A DNA stretch of 64,000 nt from Chlorokybus atmophyticus (lineage: Eukaryota > Plantae > Mesostigma and Chlorokybus algae). Both the position numbers and the translations under genes were made by a program. Of this stretch, positions 63,347 to 64,000 are shown in pieces (positions within the stretch are counted from its first letter, which is position 1; each line of letters starts with the position of its first letter). The DNA is taken from positions 498,202-562,201 of the forward strand of contig RHPI01002503.1 in NCBI GenBank assembly GCA_009103225.1. The letters are read 5' to 3'. The notes beneath the pieces are model-generated. The model did not search any database. It saw nothing but the letters and a program-made list of their open reading frames with translations, and was not told the origin of the DNA.

Positions 63347-64000
63347 ATGGCGGTGGCGGTGGCGGTGGCAGCGGCGGTGGGGCTGGTCGGGTCAGGGGTG
63401 TCCGTTAGCTCGTTGAGCCGACGTGCTGCGTCGTCGTCGTTGTCGTCGCGCGGCTCTGCGCTGCCGCTCCGCCAGCCGCCAGCTTCGGCCCAGATTGCCG
63501 TCCGTCGCCACCACAATGACGCACTGTCCATGGAGCTGTTGGCACGGCGCCAGTCTCAGATAAGGTGAGCTAAGCCAGTAGAAGAGCAAAACCCGCAACG
63601 ACGACAATGCTCTTGACCGTAATGCATTTTGGCCATGCCTGCCTGCCACTGCACAAAATCATGCATTCTTTGCGATGCTTGACAACATTTGTAAACCATT
63701 AACCTTCCCACTTAAATGCAGCACAAAGGCGCAGGCGTCCCGACGTATTACATCTATGGCTGCACAGAACAGGAGTGTGTTGATCGTCAACACAAACAGT
63801 GGAGGACATGTGGTCATTGGCTTCTGGCTGGCCAAGCAGCTGGCACAGGACGGCCATTCCGTCACTTTCCTGACGGTTGGTGAGGAGAACTCCGACAAGA
63901 TGAAGAAGCAGCCGTTCAACCGCTTGGGGGTACGTGACATTGGCAGCACCATAGGTCGAGCATTAGACTTGGGTTGTCCACCATGCCCCCCCCGCCCCCC
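63347..64000 (+). CDS. CSP41A: Chloroplast stem-loop binding protein 41a (NAD-epimerase fold), 3'-partial
   Basis: Transit-peptide exon MAVAVAVAAAVGLVGSGVSVSSLSRRAA...|gtgagc, then SVLIVNTNSGGHVVIGFWLAKQL...GHSVTFLTVGEENSDKMKKQPFNR, the characteristic CSP41a N-terminus. Confidence 0.93.

Noticed and set aside
63238-63952. Minus-strand ORFs 63238-63531 and 63659-63952
   Set aside because: Antisense to CSP41a exons 1 and 2.

Overview
Eukaryotic nuclear DNA, intron-rich (GT-AG introns, many CA/TG-rich), from a compact-genome green alga. Several proteins (V-ATPase A, VARICOSE, CSP41a, an At1g12230-type transaldolase-like protein) resemble land-plant sequences as I recall them, so an early-diverging streptophyte alga is my inference, not a demonstrated fact. 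About 15 spliced genes can be reconstructed by hand: MBOAT lysophospholipid acyltransferase (5'-partial), LC8-type dynein light chain, plastid-targeted RluA/RluD pseudouridine synthase, mitochondrial PDH E1-beta, VARICOSE/EDC4, dihydroxyacetone kinase head-to-head with a non-canonical transaldolase, a secreted bacterial-type DEGRAM S8/S53-like protease (3' part missing), an orphan plastid 2-TM protein, a TM-PAS-HisKA-HATPase-REC hybrid kinase with Gln in place of the phospho-acceptor His, a LYR protein, V-ATPase A, an orphan membrane protein, a long coiled-coil protein and CSP41a (3'-partial). A decayed Cys-rich, SWIM-bearing locus at 7.6-11.2 kb may be a KDZ/Zisupton-type transposon relic. 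A 2,935-bp block occurs twice (offset 6,111), probably a gap-filling error replacing the protease 3' end. The assembly has N gaps at 10150-10180, 13638-13904, 29641 and 62095-62492. I found no rRNA, tRNA or CRISPR. Gene boundaries are manual and first/last exons are approximate where stated.
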